Below are positions 24,201-37,780 of a stretch of DNA of 64,000 bases, piece by piece (the stretch's first letter is position 1; each line of letters starts with the position of its first letter). Origin of the DNA: Phallusia mammillata (Eukaryota); assembly GCA_965637545.1 (NCBI GenBank), contig OZ281501.1, positions 2,356,001-2,420,000 on the forward strand. Reading direction: 5' to 3'. Below the pieces are notes generated by a model that saw nothing but the letters and a program-made list of their open reading frames with translations, searched no databases and was not told the DNA's origin. Both the position numbers and the translations under genes were made by a program.

Positions 24201-27200
24201 AACAAGCTTTAAAGCCTCAATAACCTTTGCAATGACATTAAATCGCTTCACAATTGCACTTAATATGCTATTAATCACCCTAACATGACCATCCCCTTCA
24301 AGCGACATCTCTAGAACGCAAGATACGCAATTTACCCGCTTTTAGATGCATTGACGTTAGAGTCTATACATCACAAACAACATAATACGGGCCTCTAGGT
24401 TTCCACTTGAAATTACCTGCTAAATTCGAAACCTGGGCTCTAATGATAGAAGCCCTTCGTAACACCTGCTATACTCTAAAATGCCACAAATCGTCGGGCT
24501 ACTACAGACGCCGTAACCGAATACCAGATCGAGTATCGGATTATGCGCGTGTAATTGAAGCGGTAATAGGCGATTTGAAAGGATTTGATAGATTGTTGCC
24601 TGTAACATAACGATACTTTGCCTTATATCGCCTCCCAATGAGCGACCACCTAATGTAATTGCTTGTTTAGAAGCTGGTTATATCTGCAATACTTTACCTC
24701 ATGAAAATGTTTAACCTATACATACCCATGAATATCTTTGTTCACTTTAGGCGCGTTTACTTAGAAAGTATTGCAGTTTTAAACTTTAATATTGGAAAAT
24801 ATTCAATTGTCTTGTGCAAAACGTTATTAAAACATATCACATCTCAATCTTCACAACAACTGACGCCCAGTTTGTGTTACATTTGCACGACGTCTATTAC
24901 TTCCTCTAGACTAGTTTACTAAACATTTCTGTGCTAACGTGCTGCGACCCAGTATTACTTCTGAGTACTAAAATATATTTGGTCTTTTGTAGATACTTAA
25001 CTTGCCTTCCCAGTGCCTAAAGGTACTATAGTATTATTCTTGGAGTCAATCTATTTACAAAACTGTCCAGTCCACCGATTTGAGGTAAAAGGTTTTTAAT
25101 TGCGGATCGAATTTAGGAAAACGAGCTACCATAGCGGATACAAGGATAATTGTTTGAGGTAACATTGCACGTGTGTGAGAGAATTTCGACGTTGTTAAGA
25201 GGAAACTGAATTTGTAACTTCTACTTTGTCACTGTTTGAACCTAAAATACCGCCAGTCGCAAGTTTTAAGGCCAAGGTTGAAACTTACGTTACAATTGTT
25301 CTAATGAAAAACCGTAATTTGACACTATTTTATGTGGTATATTTTAAGCTTGCCTCAAACATTTTAATTATGTTTTTCGTTTACACGTGTTTTCGAGCGG
25401 ACAAAAACTGCAAAGCTATTTACAAAGTTTTAAAGTTCAAGTCTTGACGTCTCAAACTTTTTGTGCCCCTAAAAGGTTCCATATACCGTTTTTTTTTTCG
25501 ATTTAATTCGTTTCACTACATTACTAACTCATTGTACAGATTTTCCGTTTAGTAGGAAGCCCGTGAAGAATTTGTCAATTTTGAAATAAAATATAGGAAT
25601 TTAAATTTTTGTCCAATTCCATTCACTCGTATTCAAGCCCCACATTTACATACGCATTGCAATATCACATACCGAAGTGAATTATCTCAACACGAATTAT
25701 TTGCTACGGCTTAAAAGCATTTTAACAGGAAATAGTTGAACCCAACCCGATGAAAGGCGACTGTTTAATTTAACCACGATTAAATACGGCTATGACGTCA
25801 GCGCCCGTGACATAATCACGACCGTGACAGAATCCAGGAATTCAACTCACGCGATCACACGTGACGTGTCAAGTAATTTATTGAAAAATTCTAACTTGTG
25901 TTTTAATGTCACTACGTTTCAAACTATAGTCGATTGGTTCCCAACCTATTGGGTGAATCCAGCAACAACGTAAATGTAAAATTGTTAAAGTCATTTTCAA
26001 AGGTTTTTTTACAATCAGATTTTAAATATACAACCAACGTAAACTCTTTAATCTACTACTAATATCTAGTGCGTGTTTTTTTTGCTTGTTTTATCAAAAA
26101 TGACAACTTTATTAAAGAATTTCCCATATACCTTTATAATAAAGTTGTAATTTTCACCAATTTTATGAATTTTACGTATTTTCACCGAGGTTTATTACCA
26201 CAAAAAAAGATTGGAAACCAATGCTACACATATAGAGAATTCACAAATCCAAGCGGTATATTTTATATCTGACCCAAATCTGCCCTGATTTTATCACCAC
26301 CCACTCTCGACTTATATGACCGCATAATGAACAGCGAATGACTCAACAATCGGAATCGCGTCGTGAGCCGACTGAAGATGCAAAAGCCAAAACACCGGTC
26401 GCGCCACATCAAATATCCAGCGCTATTGCTGTAAACTAAATCGTATCTCCTCAATCAATCTTCGCCGGACGTTAGGTTGAAATCACCTTGTCCATATATC
26501 GCATAGTAACTTGCCTTGCTACAACGTTGCCACGCAACACCTTTGTGACGCAGCCCGGCGCTCGCAAATAAGGTAATTGCTAGACAAGCCGAGTGCTTGG
26601 CAACAGCAAGTAGCTAAGACTTTGTAATGGGTTTCCAGCGCGCTCTGCTGAGAAACAGAGAGAAGTATAACGTTGCGTCGCAAGCCATTATGCATGTTTA
26701 TACCCGCGCACTTGATAATTGAACTTGTGTTGCTAATGGCAACATGCGTCGTGCCCTTGCTACGCCAAATTCCAGAAGATTACGTTTGGTTCCAAGAATT
26801 TTCGGTTTACAAATATTTCCTAAAAGACTTAAACTTTCCAGAATGCTTCTTCAAAGGTCGCATTAACCTGGCTGCAATATTTCAGCTCAAAACAGTACAG
26901 AGTCCGCTGAGTTCTGTTTCTCTACACAGCTGATACGACTTCTGATATTCCCACGTGGGACCGGCGGATTGCTCAACATGTTATGACAAAAAATGCACCG
27001 TCACTATAATACCAACTTTGTCCGATAGTTACCTCTGACTAAATACGTCCGATAGTTATCTTTGACAAATTACTGGTATAACTAATCGTCGATAAATTAT
27101 GTAACGATGTGTAGAGGCTGAGGCGTATTATTTAACATGTTCATACTGTTTTAGCCCCTAGAAACGTTTGTTTTATTGTAACCTAACCATTTTCGCGATT

Positions 27201-27279
27201 CTTAAAACTAGTGCACAAGTCAAGTAACTGTCCAATGCTAGCATGGTAATTAAAGATGCATTTCATTTATACAGTAAAC

Positions 27280-27575
27280 CAGGGGTGTGCAACCTTTGTC
27301 ACTGTGGGGCCAAATACAATTGCCATGATTAGATTGCGGGTCGCACCTTTATGTAACACAAGGTGATTTTACTTTGTTGCATACCAAATATGCTTAACTG
27401 CAAGTAAAATTCGCATTGGATTCTAGACACATATTGCCGGTTCGCATAAAAATAGCACCGGGCGCATTAATCTGCTCAAAAATATAGAATAACTGGACTG
27501 CCAGTACATATAAAATTTCCAGCCTCCGAGGGCCGCACAACCTTTAATCGACGGGCCGCAGGTTGCACACCCCTG
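27280..27575. mobile_element. hAT-type MITE
   Basis: TIRs CAGGGGTGTGCAACCT / AGGTTGCACACCCCTG; perfect TSD CAGTAAAC. Confidence 0.92.
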
Positions 27576-30500
27576 CAGTAAACAATAAGCAAAAAATGCT
27601 TACATCAGCAAAATTACTACACGCTGCAATGTCTACAAGCGCAATCTAATAATAAGACATGCTCTCGTTATCCAAATAATTTAAATACAGTTCGTAATCG
27701 TATAAAGACAGCGACCCACTGCAAATGTCATTTGTCTGAAACCGAGCGGCATAACTGACAAAGGCAAGCGACCAAAATCCCCCACGTGTTGCTGACTGTT
27801 TACTGAATGCGCGCAACGTGAATCAGATTAACTTGTTGAACCATATCACGCCCAAATGCTGCTGTGTATCTGGTTGCGACGTTTTAATCGATACCGTTAA
27901 ACACAAACACGCAACACCGAACAGATTTAGTTCATGTATTAAAAAAAAACGTGCAAGAATCCTCCAAAATATATCTGTTTCGTATTTGGTAATAACCTTG
28001 CAATTGTTATTTTTTGCTAGTAGAACTAGAATTTTGGGTAAATGCGCGAAAAAACGTTTTAATTTTATCCGTGTTTTTTTTCGTCCCAATTTTCAAAACC
28101 TTCTTTAGTTACACTTTTGTTTTAATTTATACTTTGTCCTTTATTTATTGCGTGCTTCTTTCAAACCGTATTCGGTACAATACGCAGATAAAAAAACACC
28201 TATCTTTGCAAATTTAAAAGTTTTCCATAAAAAATTTTCGCCCTAAATTTTCTTAGTTACAGCGACGCCTACATCCACTTAACCGCGAAGACCGGCGGGT
28301 TTCTGTATTAAACTTCGGTCTATTGTTGCTCAGTCCAGGGAGACTGACCGTGACAACAGACTCGAAAACATTTTACCGTTCCAAGCCCACTCGTCCTAGC
28401 GATGACACGACCCCGTCCAATGCTAATGTTTGTGAAGAGTCAAGTAGCTCCGAAGCGTGGAAAATGCTGGTGGTGGAGTCCATTAGTGATGGGCCAAACG
28501 GGGTTGCGATAAGAATGTATGAGACGTTGACGAATTCAAGGCGCACCCAAAGAGTTCACGTTGTTCAATTTATTACGTCACAATACTAAAGGCGCCAAGC
28601 TTTGTTTCAGCATGTAACGTAAACGGTTAAAGTGGGCCACATTTTGTGAAAAAAATATAGGGACGTTTTAATCTTTTGGATATGTTTTTCAAACTAACGA
28701 CTTTTTTTTTCAAACTTCTGTTAGCTCTGCCGTTTGAAATATCCGCATAAATTCAATGCATAAACTACACTGCTTTAAATAATGTACAGTATTCATTGGA
28801 CGACTGCCCCACAAAAACGTGAGCCAAGCGCTTGTATTGAACGCAGTGGCAACAAAATGTCAATTACTGGTAGTTCCGTGATAGGTAGTTTAGGGGTGGG
28901 TTACGTGATCGCCAAACGCAACCACTGTAAACAAGAAAAAATAATTAAAATTTTCCACTATTAACTCACCTGACCATGGAAAAAACACTTCGCTTAATAA
29001 CACGCTGCTATATTTTTATTAAAAATACCCGGCATGCATAGTTTGGCGACAGCATGTATTTTAAGGCGTTTTAGCCCAAACTTATGTGACGGGTGCTTTA
29101 CCATCATCCACAGTCGATTTTATGCTGCTTTCAAACAACAAGACAAAAACTCTTAACGTTTTTACATACCTGTGTATCGCCTCTTTCCATGGCATGCACA
29201 AATAGTTGCGGCATGACAAATACTTATTGAATTTTCTCTACTATGCTAGCGGAAATAAGCTGCAAAATCCCTTAAAACCCTCTCTGCCGCGACACGTACA
29301 CAAAAACAACTTTCACCAGCAAACAAATGCATGTGTTTGCTGCCATAAACAAACAAACACAACAATAGACCAACTGACTCATCGACTTAGCTTTAAAGTT
29401 TCAACAATAGGTTTTACCGTACCCGATGTTTGCCTACTGCAATTGGGTTCTGACTCTGACGGTTTAAATGCGCAGCAACTGTTGTGTAAGGTACAGTAAT
29501 TTGCTGTGCACGGGAAATGCATTACGGCCTATCAACGTCAACACCTTTCATTGGCCGTCAAGGTAAATAACGCCAGCATCCTCTGTGCGACCGGGATAAC
29601 AGCGCGTTCAAGTCTTATTTTATGTCGTTGAGGGCATAGCAAATGGTTGGCTACATGAAGCTCATTTGGAAAAGCGTTTTACACTTAAAAAAGTGTTTTG
29701 TGGCTCTTGGTTAGTTAGGATTTTTTACTCCCGTACATTTGTTAAATGAAAAATGTCTAAAAGTCGCTTTTTTCGTTTTTAGGTCGCAACCTGCGCAACT
29801 TAAATCAACTTCTTGCCGATTATCAAATCCACAAGGGCCCAAGCTAAACCATTTTGCAACGTCGTTCAACTCAGATTGGTCACGACATTCAAAACAAGTA
29901 TTTCAAGCTCATTCTTATCATGTAAGTACAAAATCACGTTTTCAGAAGCAAAATAAAGTAGAGTTTTTGGCGCCCAACGGGGCAGACTGCCTAAAGCTAA
30001 TAACCAAGCCCAGAAAACCGCACTGGTGTATTGTTAGCCTGTTTGTATGTCAACATTTCCGTGCCGTTAGTCGTTTTCACGAGTTGGAAAAGCGACAATG
30101 GCGCATTGCAGGTCATATACAGCGAGGCTTGTTGCTTTGTTTTTGCAAAATTTATTGGGTTTTGCAGGAAGCGAAGAAATGCAGCGCATATTTTAAAGTC
30201 TGTGCAGTTTAAAAACACGTAATTTGTTTTTACTTTTTTGTTTGTTTTCGTTGCAGTTAAATTTTGTTAACAATTTAAGCATTTTTTTTGGTTTGAATTT
30301 CGTTGATTTTTTGAGCACATAAGGTTACAAGAACGCCTTAGCCTAAAACTCTTTATGACAGTTTTTAGAAACGTGTGTTTCTACGCGTGATTTGGTTAGA
30401 AAGTTAATGAGTTTTAGTTTGTCGGTGGCAGTGGTTAAGGTGCGTTTACACGACAAGTAAACACACAAACATATTAAATTTTGACCATTTTGTTCTACCG

Positions 30501-31957
30501 TCGATTGATTTTGTACAAAGTACGTTCAATTTTGTGCGATCCTAGTTCAAAAACATAACCACAAACGTTAAATTTCTAAACCACATCATAAAGACAACAC
30601 ATACAAAGCAACAAAATCATTTAATACTTTTTCTTTTTTTTCACAACGTATTCTTGATTACACCGTAGCCGTAATATTTCGTATCTCTCCTGCACACGTC
30701 TACCTATCTTTGCTTTTGGTCGCAAACGCGTTTTCAAGCAAGAAAGCGCGCTGTTTTTATAACCAATATTCACGAGAGAAGGCGAGAGAAAAAGGCAAAA
30801 AACGAAGAGTACTAGTAGGGGATTCCCCCGGGATTTGCTCGTTTCAACCACCGTTGCGGTGCTTTTTTTGCGGATTTTCGTCTGATATTTTGTTTCCTCC
30901 AATTTTCGTGTAAATTACTTCCCTTACTTTTTATGGACTGTATCAGTTGCAACGTAGGAAATTCACCGTAGCTGATAATGGAAAATTTCTCCAACATAAC
31001 CTCAAAACACATATGCTATAGTCAAAGTAAAGACCGCTGATTATTTTGTATTGTCTGCTGTCACGATTAATTTTGTTTGTATATTAATCGGGTTTCGTAT
31101 CTGTTGATCACAAGTTTCGCCTTAACGAGCTTTGTTCATTTGGAATACCACATCACGTTTGTGACTGCAATTAACATAGCCATTAGTTTGTTGCATTTGT
31201 CGAATGGAAATATTTTTAAAACATTACTTAAGTTTCGCAAAGGCTTAATAATAAAACATTATGTCATAACGTTACATTATCGTATATAATTACATGCCAA
31301 TAACACTTAATGAATGCAGCGTTTTGAAGCTAGTTGCCGAACGAATTTTGTGAATTCAACCATTCATCTTGACTGCAAGATATGCTTGTTGGTAACTTGA
31401 TTACATCACATGTTACAGCTTGTTTTAATTACGTAATGGCGTCCCGGCAGAGGTAAGGCACCTTAAACAGTTGCTTGGTCAATTCGAGGCAATACAATCT
31501 CTAAAGATCCCAAAAATACATATTTGATGACCTTTCACATTGTTGACACGTCACGCGCGCCTTCGCATTGTTTGTCACAGCTTTAGAATTCTTGCATTGT
31601 GTTCGTATTCGACATGAATGGCGTTGGCACAGACGAGAAGCCAAAAATACTTTCTTTCGACTAAACCTTATGTCGCAAGAGGCTTGGTCACGTGAACGTA
31701 GATGTTTTTCTCTGCACGTACACGTCACTACTGTGCTGGCGTGTCGGAGGCGTGGACTGTTGCTTAGCGACGATTCGAAACTGTGACGTTAAATGAGGAA
31801 CCGAAGTTGCTTGTCATGGAAACTGCAGCATCATGTCTGGTTAATTTACAAGCAGAAAAGCAAGAGGTTTCTTTGCACTCTCAAATATAGGTTTGCAACG
31901 ACTTTCATAGGCAAACATATGGCATCGGCACCGTTGGCATCGTTGCACAACTATACC

Positions 31958-32263
31958 AATAAGAGTTGTAAGCAAGCCCGGAATTGGGACCTCTCATCTG
32001 CCCAAACTCGAAATGAACCCATTTTCTAAAAAGCAAGACTCGAATTTGGCCCGAAAGTGGGTGAAAATTGCGGCACAAATAATGCAGAGTGTTAAGTCAG
32101 GCCCGAATCAAGCCCATTTTATGAGTTAAGTTGAATATATTTCGCTTGGTGCATGAAAACATAACGGCACAAATGCACTGAACAATCATCAAGTCGGAAA
32201 TAGCTGCACAACTTGCATTTAAACTTGAACCCGATCCGATAAGAGCGCCCCGATTCACAACTC
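31958..32263. repeat. Possible MITE or interspersed repeat
   Basis: Short inverted ends (AGAGTTGTAA... / ...TCACAACTCTG) and repeated GCCCGAA motifs. The segment CACT.AACAATCA.CAAGTCGGAAATAGCTG recurs at about 39140. Confidence 0.4.
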
Positions 32264-35200
32264 TGCAAACAACGATTGTAGCAGTAGCAGTGCAGCTATC
32301 TCTTTGATTACTGGAATACTAGCGTTTAAAAACCATAAATCAAAGTTTCGCGCCTATTTGGCCCTATTTATCGCTCAGTCGCTTTCGCAAGCACCGTTGG
32401 CTGCCTCGTATGCTGCACATGTCAGCTTCGTAGTGGGGGATCACCAGATTGACCATCAGTTAAGTCAGTCGCTTTCGAAGATGAATTTTACCTCCATGTT
32501 TTACTTATTTAACTAATCTTTCAAAACTGTTGCAAAAACGTGAGTGGATGTGTGTGTGTGTGACATTGTAAAAAATCATCATAGTGCTATTTCGGTACAT
32601 TTTTTGTTTTACCCTACACGAATATTATATTAACCACGGTTGAGAAATTCTACTATAAAAAGTGAAAAGGTTTAAAATTATTTGCTTGTACGTCTTGTTA
32701 AACGCTAAACGTTAAACAAAATGAGGCAGAGTGACAGTAACTATATTATCCCATGGAATCTTCAGGTTTCTGAAATTGCTTCTGGCAATACAATTCCTCC
32801 TTATTAACTTGGCTTGTTGGAGACAAAAAGTGGTGAAATCATAATTTGAAATGTGCGTCATCATTGCAAAGTGGCAAGGTATGGTCGTCACTTAAACTGC
32901 GTCAATGGCTAAAACTTTAATGCCCGCGCAACGTTATGTAAACATATGATAGGTGCGCGGCGCTCCTGGATACTTTAACGAATTGGTGGGATGGTTTGAC
33001 GCTTGTCGTAAGTCATCAACGGTCATTTAAGATTGCACAATTCTGGTGCAATTTTTCTCTCTTTTTTATTAGCAAAAAGCAAAAAAGGTAGTACGCAAAA
33101 AAAACGCCAGTTGCACAGACTTCTGCGGTGAAGTAGGTTCGTAAAGTTTGTGCAAATATTGGCAGGTCGCGGTCGTTTAGCGGCTTTGCGATAACGACTG
33201 AAAGAGAAAAGCAAGTGCGTGTATGGGACACCTCCTGTCAAACACTTTAATAAATACTTTACATACTAGCTGCTTTGAAAAACAATTTGTCTAAAAATTT
33301 GGGAGTTTCCAAGTACAATGATAAAATGGCCAATGTTGTAGCAAGGGTTACATAATTCTAATGACCTGATGATGACAATAGCACTTGTCGGAACGTAGTC
33401 ATGCTTTACACACAAATATACTGGCTCTGATTTTTTTGTTTAAGGTTCACATAGTTAAGTGTTGACTCAAGTTCGTGTATTTTTGTCTATTTGTTTCATG
33501 TTTGAATGTATATGTTTTGTCAAGAACCTGTTATGTTAAAAGCGTTGTCAAAATTCAACACAGGAGTCATGTTGCAAACGAATACCTTGTCTTTTCAAAA
33601 CTAGGAGAAATGCCATGCACATTGGCGCCACCCTGCACCGCCCACTCGGCGCATGCGCATAAAACCACAAACCCTGAAACTTTCGATCAACATAAAACGT
33701 TCAGTATTTACGACTCAATCAGGAAACAGCCGCTATCGAATTGACGTAAAAATAAATTTACACAGGAGGTGTATTCAATCGTGTTGATTCAACCACATAC
33801 GAAAACTTTGATGCAAATCGCTTGTTGACTGGCTTTGTTATTTGGGACAACGACCTTTGACAATGGATTTTTATGCGAAACTTGTTTCTCTCACACGGAA
33901 GTCAATAAACTGGAACTGGTAACGTACACTCGCTTTATTGCTGTTGTAAATAGTATTGCTGCAATTTACTGCTTTGCACCGAAATACTAAAATCCTGCAA
34001 AATGTGGAACACAAAACATACCTATATTTAAGCACGGGTAGGACATTTTAGGCCCGAAAGTTGTACTTACCGAATGAACTACTTTGTTAAACAGAACTAC
34101 TCTAAGATCTACAGAAGGCACACCTATAATAACGTAAAACAATACACAACCTGTGTGATTTGACATTCGTACAAAGAAAGTAAAATTATGGAAAAAGACT
34201 GTAAGAGTTTGAACTCATGCCCAAGTCTGTCCCGAAAAGCTCGGTCCAACTTGCAAATCTGCTACACAGGAGTTTTTTAATGTGTAGAAGTTATTTCTTG
34301 ACGTTTTTTTTCATTTTGCCAGTGCATAGGCTACAGTAAATTACACACATATTGAAACGTAAACATCTTAAATAATAACTCCATATACACAGGATATATG
34401 TATGGATTGACTCCAATTATAAAACGCATGCTCTGCCATATTAAAAACGTCAATGCGATGTTTAGACGGAAATGAGTAAAGCCTTTGGCAGGACTATCTA
34501 GTGTGTGGAAGCCGTGGATTGTTTTTGCCAATTCAACGACTGGCGCAAGACCCTACTGTGCGTGACATGCGTATTCACGTTTCCAACACGTTTAACATGC
34601 AGCGAATATTTACTGGGAAAATTACAAGTTAGATATCCGGCAAGTGAGATAAGTTCATTTCAATGGTGAAATACTCTTGGGGGCGTGGCAATTTGCCGTC
34701 AACGCCCACGTGAATACTATTCGCTGATTGGTCAATTGCAACTTGTGTAATGCAGCTGGGTTTTAAACTGAGCGAACGACCAATGCTTAGTGCTTAGTAG
34801 CAATCTGAAAAGTTCTGGATCTGTGTTTAACAACCAATTGTCCTTAATTTACAAGAAATACAATTGTTAAGTTTATGAATCTTTAATTTAACTCAACAAG
34901 TTTTACACGTTCTTTAACAAACACTATGAAATTTTTTTGGAAGATTTTTTTTATTTACCATGTTTTTGATTTTTTTGCAACACTTGTATTAAACTATTAT
35001 TTTTTTTGTAGCAGTTTTGTGCACCTTTTGGGTACCGAGCACCGAGCATAAAGTAGGCGCCAAGTGTGCTTTTAGTGGTGTTCAAACTTTCGCAAGTCAA
35101 TTTGCTCAGGACGAGCCATCGAAAAGTGCTAAGTCATTAAAAACACTGGCAAGCACGCGCCGTAGTTTGAGTCAAACGTAAATGTTTAAGTAGGCTTTAT

Positions 35201-36476
35201 TTTTTTCTGACAAAATATTCAAAAAGGTGGTAAGAGCCTGTTAAGGGCAATTTAATAATATTACTTCGAAAATCTAGAGTGTCAACATTTTTTTGAAATA
35301 CTGTTTTCGTAATATTTTGTGAAACAAATGATCAACGGTTTTAAGTGTTAAAGATTTGTTGTATTTCGGTATATTTATTGATTAAAGCACAGTTCTATAC
35401 CAAAGCCTACGTGATTTAAACTGACTGATTATAGGTGTTCAAACATACAGCGGTTTTGCTAATCAAACTATTAAAATTCTTTTCTCCATCCAATGTTTGC
35501 TATACTTAACGGAGTATCGGTTGATAAACGGCTCGACCAATCATCGATTTACAGAAGAGTCAACATTATGTGGTCTTAAAGTCCCCTCAAATAACTTTAC
35601 GGTTTATAGCATTTGCATTCAAGATTTTATGTAAAATTCCCAGCGCTGGGAGTGAACCACTTTCAATAGATTCTAATCCGAGTAAATATTAAAGCGCCTT
35701 GTTTGTCGTATCTATTTACTTTCCAATATATCACTCCTTCTGTTACGGGATATTAAGTTTTTCAAAGGATCACTGCATAGAAGCAATATTAAAAGGTATT
35801 CGGGCCTTTTCAGCTTCAAAAGGTTATACTAACGGCCTATGCAAATGATGTCGTATATCAACTTGGATAAGTTAAACATGTGTTACATGTTTATGATATA
35901 TGTGGCCTTCATATTACTAATGATGGCGTGAGCATTTGCCGAAACGTTGAAATGCGCCATATGTGTTTCCAATGAAATACCCACTCTTTTCAAAGTTTCC
36001 CACCAATTATCTGAAAAAAACTACCAAACTTTCTCGAAGAGGTTCCTCATTTTGCTAGACATCAATTATTTTCACTTGTCTAGCCCAACAAATTCCACAA
36101 ATCACCGAATTGCGACACAAAAAGGTTAAAACACCACTTTACCGTCGCGACATCCTTAAATCTTGATGACATCTACGTCATATGACGTCACAATGACCCG
36201 TTATCAGTGTTGTTGTTACGCAAAGGGATCAATTAATCGCACTTTCCCAAACTCGCCCACTCATGTGTTTCACACGTGCGTGATCTCATGCGTGACCACG
36301 CACGTGACTGTGACGCCGTAACCCCAGGGCAAGTCGATGTGCGATTGACGCAAAACCCTTTTCGGGCCACAAATTGAGGCGATTTTGTGTCACAAGATCC
36401 ATTTTAAAAGTGATTTTTGTCAAAACTTTCTTTGAACGAGTTTTACATCTAATTCATACCATGTATAAACGTCTTG

Positions 36477-36666
36477 CAGGGGTCGGGAAACTTTTTTGGT
36501 CTGCGGACCGTTTTTGAAACTGAAATTTTATCGCGGACCGGCCTTCAAAAAACTACCATTATTTGGGAAAAATGCATACATGTGCAAAAGGTTTTGAAGC
36601 ATTTAACGTGAAAAAGTATACGTTTCGGTAAAGAACTCCTCGCGGACCGGCGGTTGCCGACCACTG
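36477..36666. mobile_element. hAT-type MITE (TSD not preserved)
   Basis: Ends CAGGGGTCGGGAAAC / GGTTGCCGACCACTG and GCGGACCG subterminal repeats. The flanks do not form a TSD. Confidence 0.7.
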
Positions 36667-36739
36667 CCTTAAATAATGAAACTGGATTTTACTGCTTTAA
36701 GGAGTGTAGCAATCTTGCACAACTTGTTACACAAAGTTT

Positions 36740-37780
36740 CAGCGTAATTTGAAACATTTGACGATTTTTATGCGTAATATTCTTTGCTGTGACGAGCTGA
36801 TACCGTCAATTTGACGTCATTGTTTGTTTGACTTGACTCAAGCACAGAATTGCGCACTAGTGTTTGTCAGTAGGGATGGCTACGTAAGATTTTGTAAACC
36901 TCGTTAGCTCTGTGACAATTTAAATGTTGCTTGAGTGCTTAGTAAACTGCTTTTTTGTAATTTAGTACTTGTCAGAAAGTTGGTACCTTTCTTGGTGCAG
37001 AGACATTATTGACGAAGTAGAAGCATTTTGTTGCCCCTAAGCTTTCAATTTAGGACTAAATTAGATATATTATGGTATAAAACATACCAAAGTGCACCTG
37101 GCGAACTTTGAGCCCAGTCCTTTCAGGTATTGTTTTCATCCAGCAACGCTGCGACGAAAACCACTCCAAACGAGAAGGCGTAGGTAGCAAAACACGTGAC
37201 AAAAACTTTATTTCCACTCAATTGACATATTAGTTTGCAAGGGCAAGTCCAAATATAATTTGCAACATTTTAATTTGTTCAGTGTAATTTGTAACATTTG
37301 ACGATTTTTCTGCGTAACGTTCGTTGCTGTGACGTGCTACCGTCAATTTGACGTCATCGTTTGTTTGACTTGCCTGTATTCTCGCGCAGAATTGCGCACG
37401 AGTATTGGTCAGTACGTAAGATTTTGTAAACCTCGTTAGCTCTGTGACAATTTAAATGTTGCTTGAGTCCTTAGATAATTTTTCTTTGTAATTCATTACG
37501 TTTGTGAGAAGGCTGGTACGTTTCTTGGTGCAGAAAAAGTTTTGAACATGTAGAAGCATTGGTTTGCGCCTAACATCCCAATTTAGGACTGAATTGAATA
37601 AATTATGACATAAAAATACCAAAATGCACCTAGCAAACCTTGAGCCCTTGCCATTCTGGTATTTTTCCAGCCATCCAACGCTGCAACGAAAATCCCTACA
37701 TAGAAAAAGCGTGGGTGGCATGATACGTGACATTGCAAGTTAATTTACATTTTACATCTTTTCAAGGGCAAGTCCAAATG
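36740..37780. repeat. Diverged tandem duplication, two units of about 530 bp
   Basis: 36740-37256 aligns with 37281-37779. Shared blocks include CCGTCAATTTGACGTCAT, GTAAGATTTTGTAAACCTCGTTAGCTCTGTGACAATTTAAATGTTGCTTGAGT and CAAGGGCAAGTCCAAAT. Confidence 0.85.

Noticed and set aside
24012-24638. Overlapping ORFs on both strands
   Set aside because: No homology recognised, no consistent splice chain, and lengths within chance expectation.
29739-30212. 157-codon plus-strand ORF
   Set aside because: No recognisable domain. Only 29783-29921 has plausible splice sites, and no partner exons could be chained.
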